From Eledone cirrhosa (Eukaryota), in contig OZ024749.1 of assembly GCA_964016885.1 (NCBI GenBank), forward strand, positions 46,562,001 through 46,626,000: a stretch of 64,000 bases of DNA, given 5' to 3'. A program made the position numbers and the translations under genes. The stretch's first letter is position 1, and each line of letters starts with the position of its first letter. Below, one piece after another: positions 29,474 through 43,223 of this stretch. Below the pieces are notes generated by a model that worked only from the letters and a program-made list of their open reading frames with translations, did no database searches and was not told where the DNA came from.

Positions 29474-30212
29474 CTTCTAGAAATCCCTGGCCTGGCAGTG
29501 CTACCGAGGAGCTTTGCCAGTTCGGGATAAACTCTACAGGCATGGAGGTGCCGTGAGCGGGCATGTCCGAGATGCGCGCAGGTTGACGAAACCGTCCTGC
29601 ACGCACTCGTCCAGTGTCCGAGCATTGCTGACTTGCGGGTTTATGTCGAACACCTGCTGTCACGTGTAGGACGGATCCAGCTATCAGCTAGTCCATCGTG
29701 AGGATTGCCCCGCCCTCTTCTTTTAGCCGGGAAGGGCAGGGAGTTTTTATCTGTCAGGTGGCCATGGCGAAAGAGATAGTATGGTGGAAACGTCTGAAAG
29801 GGCTGAAGACGAGCACGTACCTCTTCGGTGATGCCCTGATGAACTTTTTCAAATTTCATTTGAAAAGGAAAATCAGGCTAGAGAGGGAAATGCTCTCTTC
29901 CCAGCATTTTGTTGAAAGATGGGTGAGAGAAGCAAGTATGGCCCGAGTGAATGGGCCTACTCTGAGTATGTGTCTTTAAATTAAAGGTGGGGAACTGGGA
30001 GAGGGCACTTGCCCTGGTGGTCTGGGTCACTGTGGCCTTTTAATGGGCTTTCTCCACAAATGTCCTTCGGAGGTCTCCCACCTATTGGGGAATTTTTCAT
30101 TGTTATTTTTATTACATCCTCTGTTTTTTTTACACGCAAAAATGCCCATTTGTACCGTCCTGTATTGTCCTTAATGTCTAATTTATGTAAACCCTTGTGG
30201 TTAATAAAGAAA

Positions 30213-30214
<2 letters not shown>
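29474..30214 (+). mobile_element. 5'-truncated Tx1/L1-like LINE 3' end
   Basis: KSLAWQCYRGALPVRDKLYRHG, then after a frameshift CPRCAQVDETVLHALVQCP (CCHC knuckle), ...FVERW...; 3'UTR ends aataaagaaatc plus (ATT)n. Confidence 0.8.
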
Positions 30215-30259
<45 letters not shown>

Positions 30260-30436
30260 GTTCTTTGAGTCTCAGTCATTGATGTTAGTTAACTGGAAAG
30301 TTTGTTGAAATGAATATCAAGCTACTACATGCAGCCTCAGATATTCAGGACGTAGCGGAGGGTTCTTGCTGTTCCCAGCAAGCATGCCTTTTGAAGCGTT
30401 CCAAAAAGGGGGGCGGGGCCAATCTTCTTTAACCAT
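30260..30436 (-). mobile_element. Dong/R4-like family B, short 3' fragment
   Basis: Near-identical to 30618-30792. Confidence 0.85.
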
Positions 30437-30568
30437 AGTCACGTCCCCTTACGATCTGATTTCAAATACCGCCGAGGTTGAATTTGCCTTTCATCCATAC
30501 GGGGTTGATAAAATAAAGTACCAGTAATGCACTGGTTAATTGCTGGTCTTGTGCCTAACGTAGAAACA

Positions 30569-30611
<43 letters not shown>

Positions 30612-30617
30612 TATTAT
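30434..30617 (+). mobile_element. 5'-truncated SINE family 1 with (ATT)n tail
   Basis: Matches the cgtaaagggacgtaactatg subfamily (37544, 60430). Confidence 0.85.
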
Positions 30618-31030
30618 TTTTTGAGTCTCAGTCATTGATGTTATTTAACTGGAAAGTTTGTTGAAATGAATATCAAGCTGCTACCTGCAGCCTCAGATAT
30701 TCAGGACGTATCGGAGGGTTCTTGCTGTTCCCAGCAAGCATGCCTTTTGAAGTGTTCCAAAAAGCGGGGCTGGACTAATCTTCTTTAACCATTCTTGGAA
30801 CCTCTTTGAGATAGTACCTAGTGCACCTATGACAATCGGGACGACCTTGATTTCATGGCAGTTCCAAATCCTTTTTACCTCCCACTTTAAGTCCTGGTAT
30901 CGGTTAATTTTCTCCCTCCCCTTTTCCTGCACTCTCGTGTCAAATGGGCAGGGTACATCTACAATCAGGCACGATCTTTTTTCCTTGTCCAAAACCACCA
31001 GGTCAGGTCTATTGTGTTCTAATTTCTTGA
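30618..31030 (-). mobile_element. Dong/R4-like family B, RLE domain plus 3'UTR
   Basis: EHNRPDLVVLDKEKRSCLIVDVPCPFD...EKINRYQDLKWE...VVPIVIGALG...LQKACLLGTARTLR; (TAA)n on both sides. Confidence 0.9.
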
Positions 31031-31057
31031 TTATTTATTATTATTATTATTATTATT

Positions 31058-31157
31058 GTTCCTTGAATCTCAGTTAGTTTACTGGGAAGTTTGTTGAAAT
31101 GAATATCAAGCCACTACCTGCAGCCTCAGATATTCAGGACGTATCGGAGGATTCTTG
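31058..31157 (-). mobile_element. Dong/R4-like family B, third 3' end
   Basis: Same 3'UTR and last codons as the two preceding copies. Confidence 0.8.
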
Positions 31158-31517
31158 GTGTGCAGGGGTATTGGATTAAAAATTTAACATCCCTCCACCC
31201 GAAACTGACGGCCATGTTCAATGACTGCTTGGTGTCGGGTGAGGTGCCAGAGTGGTTGACAAAAGGTACCACAGTTCTGATAATGAAAGACCGAATCAAG
31301 GGTAATGATGTTACCAACTATAGACCTATCACATGTCTGTCCGTAATGTGGAAACTGTTGACAAGCATTGTGTCTGAGGAAATCTACCATCACCTCCACA
31401 CGAACAACTTGTTACCGGACGAACAGAAAATGCCGAAAGAAGTCACGTGGTACAAAGGACCAGTTACTTATTGATAAGATGGTAATGGGGAATTGCAGGA
31501 GGAGACACACTGATCTT
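31157..31517 (+). pseudogene. Dong/R4-like RT N-terminal fragment, inverted relative to the adjoining 3' end
   Basis: GVQGYWIKNLTSLH...PEWLTKGTTVLIMKD...[16 protein letters not shown]...[23 protein letters not shown], with one frameshift. Confidence 0.88.
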
Positions 31518-32501
31518 GTTTATATATATCAACTTGTGTGTCATTTTTCTACATTCCATATATATTTTGTATGTCTGTGTGTGAGGGCACAATTTTGCCT
31601 TTGCATGATATGTGCATTTGTTTGTACGTATCGCTGTCTGTGAATGTATATATAACTATGTCAGTGTTATATGTTTTGATATACGATTCCCTCCTGATAT
31701 AAAGTTGAAATGCCAAATAATATAACTTTGTTAATTTCACTATATGAAATAAAATGCTTACCAGAGTGAAATATGAAATGGATCGATATGATCGAATACA
31801 GATATTGAAAGCAGTGAACGAGCATGACTGGAAACTAATGACTGAAAACTATAAAATTAATTATAATAACGGAATAAAACTGTATTTGAAATTGTCCCAG
31901 TATTATCTGAATTTTAATCACAAACAACGGTCCAATTTCTCCTATTAGTCAGTAACAGTCATGACCGATAAAATAAATGACATTATGCGTTGAGAATGAT
32001 TTCCTGAAAAATACCCATCAAAACTGATCTTTGAACTTCGACCAATATAAAAATATTTTGAGATCGAATATCGGTAAAGTGTCAATCGATGTTGTCACTT
32101 GTGTTACCCGGATTTATATTACTGAATGAAATTGTGAGACTAAGTGTGCTATGTTATTTCCTTTCGAATAACTTCTGCAGTGCATATACGATAAATCATC
32201 GCCGATTATATCAATATTTTCTCAGAATAATGCTTAAATTAAAAAGATTGATTAAGAAAGTATTAAGCGAGCAAGAATTAGAATACTTGATTCAATTTAA
32301 GATTTTTATAAATTAATAAGTTCTAAACGGAATTACCAACAACAACTATATGTAGCGAGGTGTATGCAGAAACGTAATGGTAACACATTTTGAAATTCGG
32401 GAAAATTAAAGAGAGGGCTAGATTCACATCCTTAAGATAAGCGCAGATATCACGTGAATATATGGTGGTATTAATTATTTCCATGAAATTAACATTGCTA
32501 T

Positions 32502-32954
32502 CTTGATGATAGTTAATAATTGTTTCTACTTTTGGCACAAGGCTAGCAATTAACCAGTACATTACTGGTACTTTATTTTATCGACCCCGTAAGGATGACA
32601 GGCAAAGTTAACCTCGGCTGGATTTGAACTCAGAATGGCCAGGGCCGTAACTCTATGCATCAAAGTATGGCGTCCGACCCTCTACCGATACTGCCAATCC
32701 ACACTTGGTGGTAGTTAATAATGGTTTCTTATATAGGCACAAGGCCAGCAATTATTGGGGGAAGGGAAAATCGAGTAAATCGACACCAGTGCATTACTGG
32801 TACTTTATTTTATCGACCCCGTAAGGATGAAAGGCAAAGTTAACCTCGGCGGGATTTGACATCAGAATGGCAAGGGCCGTAACTCTATGCATCAAATTAT
32901 GGCGTCCGACCCTCTACCGATACTGACAATCCACCCTTGATGATAGTTAATAAT
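32502..32954 (-). mobile_element. Tandem pair of SINE family 1 (32520-32702, 32722-32935)
   Basis: Two full copies; cttg(a/g)tg(a/g)tagttaataat occurs before, between and after them. Confidence 0.9.
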
Positions 32955-33553
32955 ATGCACTAAATAACAATTAAAATCATCAATTTTCGTGTATTGTTAA
33001 TTTGTATAGCCATGAATTAGAATTAAGAAATGTCGACATATACGTGTGGCAGGAAACGATGTCGAAGTGTATTATAATGAAGGAGAGGGGTATGATGCGA
33101 GGAGGCAAGCGGAATCGCTATACTGCAGAGAAATGACATGAAACAAGACAGGTAAACTATAACAATTCCATGAAACTGTTTGATACCACGGAATAATTGG
33201 AGATTGGAATGCGGCAACGTTATATCGTATAATTTCCCTCACTGGATCATGTGTGAAGTCAGCACTAGATATATATATATAGGAAATGTCATAATTGGTC
33301 GAATGTAGCTTCAAAATAAAGATAAACAGGAACAAAAGAAAGATACATTAGTGAAAATAATAAACTGTTCTGGTTTTCATTTAAAGCAATACTTTTTTTA
33401 CTCTCACTTCCCAGCTGAATACATTTATATGTATGTACGTATATTGGTAACATGCACATACACGCAAACATACACACATATATAAATGTATCTCTCTCCC
33501 TACAAACTCATAAATATATATGTATATATATAAATATATCTATATATGTATAA

Positions 33554-33632
<79 letters not shown>

Positions 33633-34044
33633 TATGTGATTGTCTTGAATGTATATATGTATTTATCGATCAGCTATTGATAATTTATTTTAATGTCCTT
33701 GGTCGTAACTGTTTAATATTCACGTACGTTTTGTATTGTATGCATATTTATAATCTTTTACAGTATGTATTTTCCATCTTTTTTCGACAGACATTATAAA
33801 AAAATTTCAATTGCATTATTTACATAATATTTTGAAATTCTTCATTAGTATAATGCGTTGCAAGATTTTACGTAGAGTATAACAATACTTATATCGATAA
33901 AAATACGGTAACTCTAACCTATTAGAGACTTTATACATAACACCTATTTTAAATTCAAATTTATTTATATATTTGTGATATATTTCCCTACAGATACGAA
34001 GTTCAAAGTATTTCCTCAATATCGATACATGCATCTCACGTTAA

Positions 34045-34077
<33 letters not shown>

Positions 34078-34276
34078 GCATATATATAAAACTCTCTTTC
34101 TATTTCTCTCCGTCATACAGTGCTCTCCCCACACACAAACGATGTGCGTATGTGAGTTTAGTAGTGTGTTTCATGTGTGCCTGTATGCTCATATATATAT
34201 ATATGTGTCTGTGTTTGAGCTTATATGTGTGTTTATGCGTGAGATATAGCTACGCAAATACGTACCTGCGAATGCG

Positions 34277-34323
<47 letters not shown>

Positions 34324-35949
34324 ATGGGAAATTGCATATATACCCATATGTTTATATATAAAGTACAAAAATAAAGGTATATCGCATTCATGCGGTTAGA
34401 AATCGAGAGAGTAATGTATTGGTTCAATAAAAATTATAGTTTCTTTCTCAAATTTTGATACTATTTGTAGCAATAATTCGATATTTCAAATTAGCCATGT
34501 TTCCCAACAAAGCCCTAAAAATTTACTTTATAGCTCTTTCATTAAATCTATTTTTCTTAATGTGTGATTTTATATATTTATATATCTTCCCCCACCTTTT
34601 AAATCGTTATACCCCTTCTTTTCCACAATTCTAAAACATAAAAGAAATGACAACATAACTTATTTTTTCTTGGAATAAAATTTTTGATGTAATATTGGGA
34701 TATGAAAAACATTTTTGTGAAACTTAAAAAAGAATGATAGAATTGCTATGAATCATAAATAAAAAGAATGGTGTATTGGCATATTGCAATTGATATAGTA
34801 GAAATTTGTGATAATATAAAATGGGTTCCACTGCCTATTTAAATTGTCAGGTATAAAGGAACATATCAATAATGAAAGCTGCTTAAACATTCTCCTTTTG
34901 TTCAATGAAACATTATTGCATTCTATATGCAATGACAAAAAGGAAACAAAGAAGAAACCCTTACCATATTTGAATAAGTGTTTTGTTGAAGGCTATATAT
35001 TATTTATACTGACGTAAGCAGAAAAAAGTGAAAAATACAATTTAAATATATAAGAAATCAATTGCTATGATCATTTCCTGCTAACGTAGTTATGTTCTAA
35101 TACGCAGGATTTTCACTCGTCCCTACAACGTTTCTCACTTGTGTTTTCTCATATGAACCTAAAAAGAAACACCGCATCTGCAAAGGTGTACATTCTTGTA
35201 AACGATGTGACACGTACTCGCACATATATATAGAGCCATATAATGTATGTATGCGCATATATGTATTCTTGTGAGTGTATGGATATGTGTGTGTATGTGT
35301 GTTTTGTGCAGATTTTATGATTTAGTTCAACGTCACTCTTACTGAAATACAAAAAATGCAGCAGAAACATTCTTACGAATAACATCCTGATAGAGAATTT
35401 GAAAAAATCGAGCATTATGATTTGATGAAGGATATATATATATATAGGTGTGTGTGGGTATGTGTGTGTATATATATATTTATACATACATACACACACA
35501 TATATTTATATATATATATTCAATCATAAAATTGAGGCGTAAACGTACATCATATGTGACTGAGAGAGTGAGAGAGACAGACACATAATGAAAGGATAAA
35601 AATGAGATCGAGAACATATTGGAGAGATAAAAGGAATGAAAATAAAGATAAAGGGAGCAAGTTTGGAATGCTCTGTCTATTATCTGCCTTATTTTGAGCT
35701 ACGTCTATTTACAAGACCAGTGACAATCGCTCAGTCTTAACTGCAACGTAATGCATGCACGCACCATATACCGCATTTCAAACAATTTCTTTCTAAGTAC
35801 ACATCACTCTAAAAACAGAATTTTGTTTGACATGAAAAAATGAAACAAAACATACTAACAAAGAAAGCAAAAACATAATATATAGACCTAGATATTTATA
35901 TATATACGCACACACAACCACATACGCCTATATACATATATATATATGG

Positions 35950-36330
35950 TGGCCGCAAACTCGCTTTCGAGCACGCCCACTACTTTATATCCATGTAGGA
36001 GAACCCCTACCGATGCGCTGAACGAGTGTGACTTTTTAGTCCAGCCAGCGACTTGGAAACTCTGGTACAAACACTACACTTGTGACAATTATTGACACAT
36101 CGTGCTGGGCCCATGGTATCATGTGACGACAAGTGCAGAGAGATCTCCAGATATAAAGCAATGCCTGTGCCGTGAAGCTTTTATAGTGAGTAAAGGCACT
36201 GCACAAAGCCAGTCCCACTCTCTTAACCAAGATGATATTTACCAAAAAGAAGAACAAGTCAACATCATTGGATACCATCAGGGTTGCAGGAGTTATATCA
36301 GAGTATTCCTTCTCCTAGAATTCGTCGGGA
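35950..36330 (+). pseudogene. Possible decayed RTE-like RT fragment between (TA)n tracts
   Basis: Frame-hopping pieces (DFFSPA, MQRDLQ-like, NAC, EEQVNII) follow the order of RTE RT motifs; weak. Confidence 0.3.
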
Positions 36331-36405
36331 TATATATATATATATATATACATACATACATTAGTATACATTTACAATATTCGAGAGTGTGTAGGTATAT
36401 ATATA

Positions 36406-36484
<79 letters not shown>

Positions 36485-36671
36485 ATGTTTCTTTGTCTGT
36501 GTGTGTGGCTCTCTTCATGCTTGTAAATAACGAAAGTAATCACAATATTTACCGTGTCTGTATTCTTTAGAAAAATTCACCTGTCCTTCCGATGATTTAT
36601 CAATATTTATGTAAAGTTCTAATTTACATCTCTCTGCATACGTATGTATACATATATACATATAAATATAA

Positions 36672-36758
<87 letters not shown>

Positions 36759-37127
36759 CTTATGTGTCTGTGTGTTTCGCTTGTGTTTCAGTCCTTGACT
36801 ATGTTGCCGTTTTTCTAATCCTAATTTCTGTTCAACTTACGCGTAACCATGTGTGAGAATACGACAATGGCAATCTGCCGATAAAATATATTTCCGCTTC
36901 CTTGTTTTGTCATTTCTAATTTCCTGCTTCACAACCTCACTAGGTGTATTGGAGTATCTCTCTCTTACTCCTATGTATGTATCTTCGTCTAGTATATGTA
37001 AGATTCTGAATATCTCTTGCCTTCTACCACCGTCTGATTGTATTTTTCTTGCTGTGACAACTTTTTTTATTGCTCTATGCCTGATATCTAATTCTGCTCA
37101 ATCATCTATAATTATTTCTTTCTCCCC

Positions 37128-37164
<37 letters not shown>

Positions 37165-37396
37165 CCTCTCTCTCTATATATCTCTCCCTTTCTCAATCTA
37201 TTACAATCATTCTCTCAATTTGAGGTTTGTTATTTAACTTAATCTGAATGTATACGCAATGGGTACCCCAGCGAGACAGATACAGCATGGCGTTTAAGTC
37301 GACTCTCTACAATATACAACAGACCACTTATTCTCTCTCTGTCTCCCTGTTCCACTCTCTCTAACTATCTCTCTCACTCTCTTCTCTCTCTCTCCG

Positions 37397-37449
<53 letters not shown>

Positions 37450-37543
37450 CATATATATAAATTTGCTGGAATGTTGATACCCTTTTCGAAATCCTTTATA
37501 GTCTATTTACATTCATTTCTTGTGTATCCTATAGATATATAAC

Positions 37544-37729
37544 TGTTTCTACTTTTGGCACAAGGCCAGCAATTATCCCAGTACATTACTGGTACTTTAT
37601 TTTATCGACCCCGTAAGGATGAAAGGCAAAGTAAACCTCGGCGGGAATTGAACTCAGATCGTAAAGGGACGTAACTATGCTGGAAAGCATATCCTACCCT
37701 CTACCGATACTGCCAATTCACCGCCCTTA
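37544..37729 (-). mobile_element. SINE family 1 with 19-bp TSD
   Basis: TSD tatcctatagatatataac at 37525-37543 and 37730-37748. Confidence 0.92.
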
Positions 37730-38275
37730 TATCCTATAGATATATAACATCAAGTATTAGATTCAATACTATCGAACGCTCTGTCTTTCATAATATGTGG
37801 ATATATTTTCATGTTGGAAATCAATCAATGAATCAATTGATCATTATATATAGATATATTGATTGACTGATTCATTTCCATCGTAACAAATCCGCCTATA
37901 TTGTTGGAAGAGAGAGAATGCCTGGCATAATTCATACATGTTCACTTTCAAATATTTTCTCCCGTTCATTTCTATTTTCCCTGTCTATCTTCATATTCCA
38001 TCTGATATTTCTCAAACTATCTTTAAGCCTTCACTGATATATTCTTTACTGTACTTCATTGTTTTGCTTGTTGCTTCCATTTACATATATCGTATATATA
38101 TATATATATATATATATAGAAAGAGAGAGAGAGAGATGGAGGGGAAGGTGGTCGGATTTTACCTTCCTTTGTATCCACTCAGCTTCTTTCCATGTATATA
38201 GTACTCTCCTCATTTAATGTCTCAGCATCAGAGACTTTACCTATGAATTATATATATAAATTACATACACAAACA

Positions 38276-38316
<41 letters not shown>

Positions 38317-39799
38317 AATTGCTTTCTCAAAAATATATTTAATGATATATTATTTCAGTAGAAAAACAAATCTGTTCCATGCTAAACAGTGATATTTTAA
38401 CAGAGTTCATAAAAATAAAGTGCTCTAGACCGGATTGAAATGACAGCACAAATACTAATGTTTATTCTTCCGTAGAAACCATCTAGATTTATGATGTTCA
38501 CAAGAGTTTATATGACAATGATACACATATATCTGAACAGAAATGTCTATCTATTTGGGCAAATGGCTGGAATAAACATATAGTATTATAGATATTGAGA
38601 AAATATAGTGACTTATAAGTTTAGAATATTACACAAACATTTCTTTTAAACTCCATTAAATATATTGTTTGTAAGTATAGATAAGGATAAATATGACATT
38701 TAAATTAAAATTACATTACCTTTGATGAAATGCATTTAAAATAGCATCAATATCACTCTGTTTGTCTAAGACTTGGCAGGCATATTAACAATTTTTTTTC
38801 CACAGGATAATATTTTGTTATACATAATTTATAAATTGTATTTTATAGAATATTCAAGTATTGAAATTGGAATTAAATGTCGAATAGAGGTAAAAGGTTT
38901 ATAATATACATATTGGTGCACAGGAAATTTGCCTCGAAATAGTGTCACACTTTAATGTGTTGCAGAATTTACGAAGTCAAACTTTATTCTCAGAACGCCA
39001 TTGTTGGTTTCTGAATATAAATATATATAGGCAAAACAATGAAGCAAGTCGTAAAAGAATAAGTTTTAACTTGATAACTTAATATATCTTGGATTAGAAT
39101 AACATACATTAGAATAATCTATTTCAGTTAAAGCTGTGTTCACTGATGTAAATGACCACCATTGGACGGTTAAACTATTGTGTTGATTCATGTATATTTC
39201 CAATACCAACATTTCGAAAAGGCAATCAGGATGTTTCTGGAAGATATGAAATGCACAAAATATGACTATATTGACATAATTGTTATTGAACTTTCTGAAG
39301 ATTGCCAGCCAGCGTCATAAACAGATGTATCAAGTGGTCGTATCACGTTGTTTAAAGAGAAGCCTGAAGCGAAATTCAATAAAGCTATCTCAGTTAGAAA
39401 GGTGGTCTTAGTGAAATATATTATTGGCCGTCATCATATGACGCATAAATACAATAGCGCATGATATCATCTACTTAATATAATCAAGATATTTTCGATG
39501 AAAAATCCCATATAGGTAACAACAATCAATATAATACATTTAGTATGGAAAAAAAAAAAAAATATATATCAAAGATCGATATCAATGTACACATACTTTT
39601 GAGGCTTTCATTTAGAGTCGTGTGTCCAAGCTGGGGCAAAGTTTACAAGCCTTTTAGCTTTTAGTAAATCTAATCCAGTACTGTATGTATAACATGTATT
39701 CTGACTTTGTTTAGAGAATGTTTAGAGAATTTTAACAAATCACCACTATATACGAATTCATAATTTGGCGAAGGCATCCCACACCAGACACTTATCTAA

Positions 39800-39882
<83 letters not shown>

Positions 39883-39917
39883 AAAGAATAGAGGTGTAAC
39901 ACACAAGTTATTATATA

Positions 39918-40245
39918 TTGGTAAACGGAATAGAAAATGCTGACAAATTGTTCACAGTTGAAAAATGGTTTAATTAGGAATAAAAGAGTATTAGTGATTG
40001 TATGGGTTAGTATTCAGTTGTAGTTTTAAGTTTTTAAGTTTTTACCGGTTGCGCATTTCTAAATGCTTTTCAAAAATAATTTTGAGATAGAGTGTCCGTG
40101 CTGTTTGCTCTGATCTGTAAAAAACTTAAAAACTTAAAACCACAACTGAATACTAACCCATACAATCACTAATACTCTTTTATTCCTAATTAAACCATTT
40201 TTCAACTGTGAACAATTTTTCAGCATTTTCTATTCCGTTTACCAA
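39918..40245 (-). mobile_element. Fold-back element in (TA)n (128-bp arms) with variant hammerhead in the spacer (family D)
   Basis: Arms 39918-40045 / 40117-40245. Minus strand 40078-40038 reads attattt-TTGAAAA-gcatt-taga-aatgc-GCAA-ccgg-TA-aaaac. Confidence 0.85.
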
Positions 40246-40427
40246 AATATATATATATATATATAGTTATACTTCGGGAGGGTCATATTGTTGTAATATT
40301 GGCATGAATAATAACAGAACACACTCACTGTTTGTTTGGTTTTTGCTTCTGTATCTTTTATATCTCCATAGTTAATTTATTTGCCAATCAATATTTATCA
40401 TCGATTGACCTGCGGATAAAAATACGG

Positions 40428-40498
<71 letters not shown>

Positions 40499-42023
40499 AT
40501 CAAAGTTCTTTCGTTGCACATCTGCAACATCATCAATGGTACTATTATGTTTCCCCCTGTTGTATTGTATATTCATATATGTATATATGTACATATATAT
40601 AGTAGTAGTAGTAGTAAATACCTCAATTCCCACTGAAACCATACGCGATTAAATGAATCCTTCGGGCCAAACGCGTGTTAAGCTTTGTTAATGTGTTGTG
40701 AAACTCTCTCTGACCCCCCCCCCTCTCTGTTTCCCCCTTTCTCTCTCTCTCTATCCATCCCCTTTCTCTCTCTCTCTTTTTATATAGACATGATGATATT
40801 TGACTTTCAAATAGATAGCGAATATCTCACAGAAGAGGATTAGGAAATAAAATCTTTTCTACACTTCAGTTTTATATGAATCAAATCATATAACTGCAGT
40901 CCACTTAAGAATGTTACTATTTAAGTAGGTCACTGTTTTTATACTTGAAAAAATTTGACAACATCACGAATTTGAACGTCTGTTATAGAATGTGTGTTAG
41001 ATGAAGTGGTGAAGATTTTTTTAAACCATAAAATATTTATTGAATAATTAATGTGACTATATCTACGCTCATACTTGGTAAAATATGAAATCTCTATATA
41101 TTACACAAAATGCTTTTTTTTATGAATGAAATTTTAATGACATGCCTTGAATATTATACTATACAGAGTCCATGAGTTACTTTAAATTATGTACGCCAAT
41201 ATATGTACTATTGTTATATTCAACGGCTATTATTTATGGCAAATATGTTGATGTGCCTTTCAGTCCTATCTGTGAAAGAAATGAATACGCTTCATTAACG
41301 ACACCATTCCTTAATGGTAATAATTAATTCCCTATATTCAACATTACAATTATATGTTCAATAGTGTGGGCAGCAAAGAAAATAAAAATACCCAAGCGAT
41401 AATGACCATGGTGCGATATAATTTAAAACAAACATCAATTATCTTTATGATTTTCAACAGTAGCTACAATAGCCACATACGCACTTTTTCTTACACATCT
41501 AGTCAAATCAAAATAGAAGTTTATATAGTTAGGGAAATCATACATGGTCATTCCAACTCGGTGGGTTAAAATCAAGCTGTGAAATGTTTCTCGAATAGTA
41601 TATTATCTTCAGGTAACAAAACATTTATTATATTAATCAAAAATACATGTTATCTGGGAAGTAAGAAATAAGGATCATGGTTAAAACCATTTCAATTAAA
41701 GCTCTCCTGAATGAAAGCTGGCCTGGTGTTAAAAAGCAGCAACTTAATCTCTACTAGCAATTGAATGTTTTGTCGTGTTATTAATACCAGTAGAGGCAAC
41801 AACTGTTGCTTCAACAGTAGCAACAACAAATGTTTGTCGATGAGGGGACCACAAATAAAAAACAGAAAAAACAACAACAGCAGCAACAATGAGACCTTTG
41901 CAAATGTGACAAACGAAGAAACAAAGAAATAAATAAAAAACATCTGCGGAAACAAAAGAAACAAACAAAAAAAAAACATTCTTAAAGAAAAGAAAAAAAA
42001 AACATTTCATAAAATGTAATGTT

Positions 42024-42205
42024 AGTATTGTAGTAGTAGTAGTAGTAGTAGTAGTAGTATCATCACCATCATTACCGTCTTCATCCCCCCTCCTCCTCCT
42101 CCCCCCTCCTCCTCCTCATTATCACCATCAATAGTATTATTATTATTATTATTAGTAGTAGTAGTAGTAGTGATAGTAGTAGTAGTAGTTGTAGTAGTAG
42201 TAGTT
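42024..42205. repeat. Compound (AGT)n/(CCT)n/(ATT)n microsatellite
   Basis: Direct reading. Confidence 0.85.
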
Positions 42206-42992
42206 TGTATGAAAAATGTCGTAAGGGAGAACATTTAAAAAGAAGAACAAACCTTAAAATAAACTAAAAAGATTGCAATCACTTCCTCGTTTATTTCTAT
42301 TGTGAAAAAGATTGATTTCAGGATAAAATATCGATTATCTGCCCTTTGTTATCAATAAGTACTCTATGCACGTTAAACATGTTCTGTATAATTCATGATG
42401 ACAAATGGCTTGCAATCAAGCAATAACACAACACATGTTTGGAATTTCATTGAATTTTACAAACATTCTTCAACTAGAAACCCAAGTCGATATTACTACT
42501 ATTACCAATATGAACAATGACAACAACAACAAGAACAACAACGAAAATAACAAAAATAATTATAATAAATAGGAAAAAAGAAACAATAATATTAGTACAC
42601 ATTTAAAATGCATAATAATGTTTTATGCTTTTTTTATGTAAAGACAATGTTGTGTTTTTCTTGTCTCTTTTATAAATGAAATCTATAACTCTCTAAAGCC
42701 TTTCTGATGAACTATAATCAACTGAACGAGATTTATCTTGGATATTGATATGATGATGAATCCCCATTAAACGGGAAAAAGGACAAACATATTTTAATGA
42801 GGTGGCATCTTCCAATAAATAGTTCGTTGGTGGAATGTCTGTTGCCTGTGCTAGATGGCGTGATTAATGTATCATTCCCACAATTCTGTCCATTTCGATT
42901 TTTCAATTTATAGATTAACAACAAGCAGCTTAGTAATCTATGCTTTAATATTATCGACAGGGGAACCGGCTTTATAATATACATACATATAC

Positions 42993-43045
<53 letters not shown>

Positions 43046-43078
43046 TAGATACAAACATATATATATATATATATATGA

Positions 43079-43223
<145 letters not shown>

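Noticed and set aside
40648-40682. ttaa-atgaa-tccttcgggc-caaacgcgt-gttaa
   Set aside because: Resembles a decayed HHR but needs too many changes.
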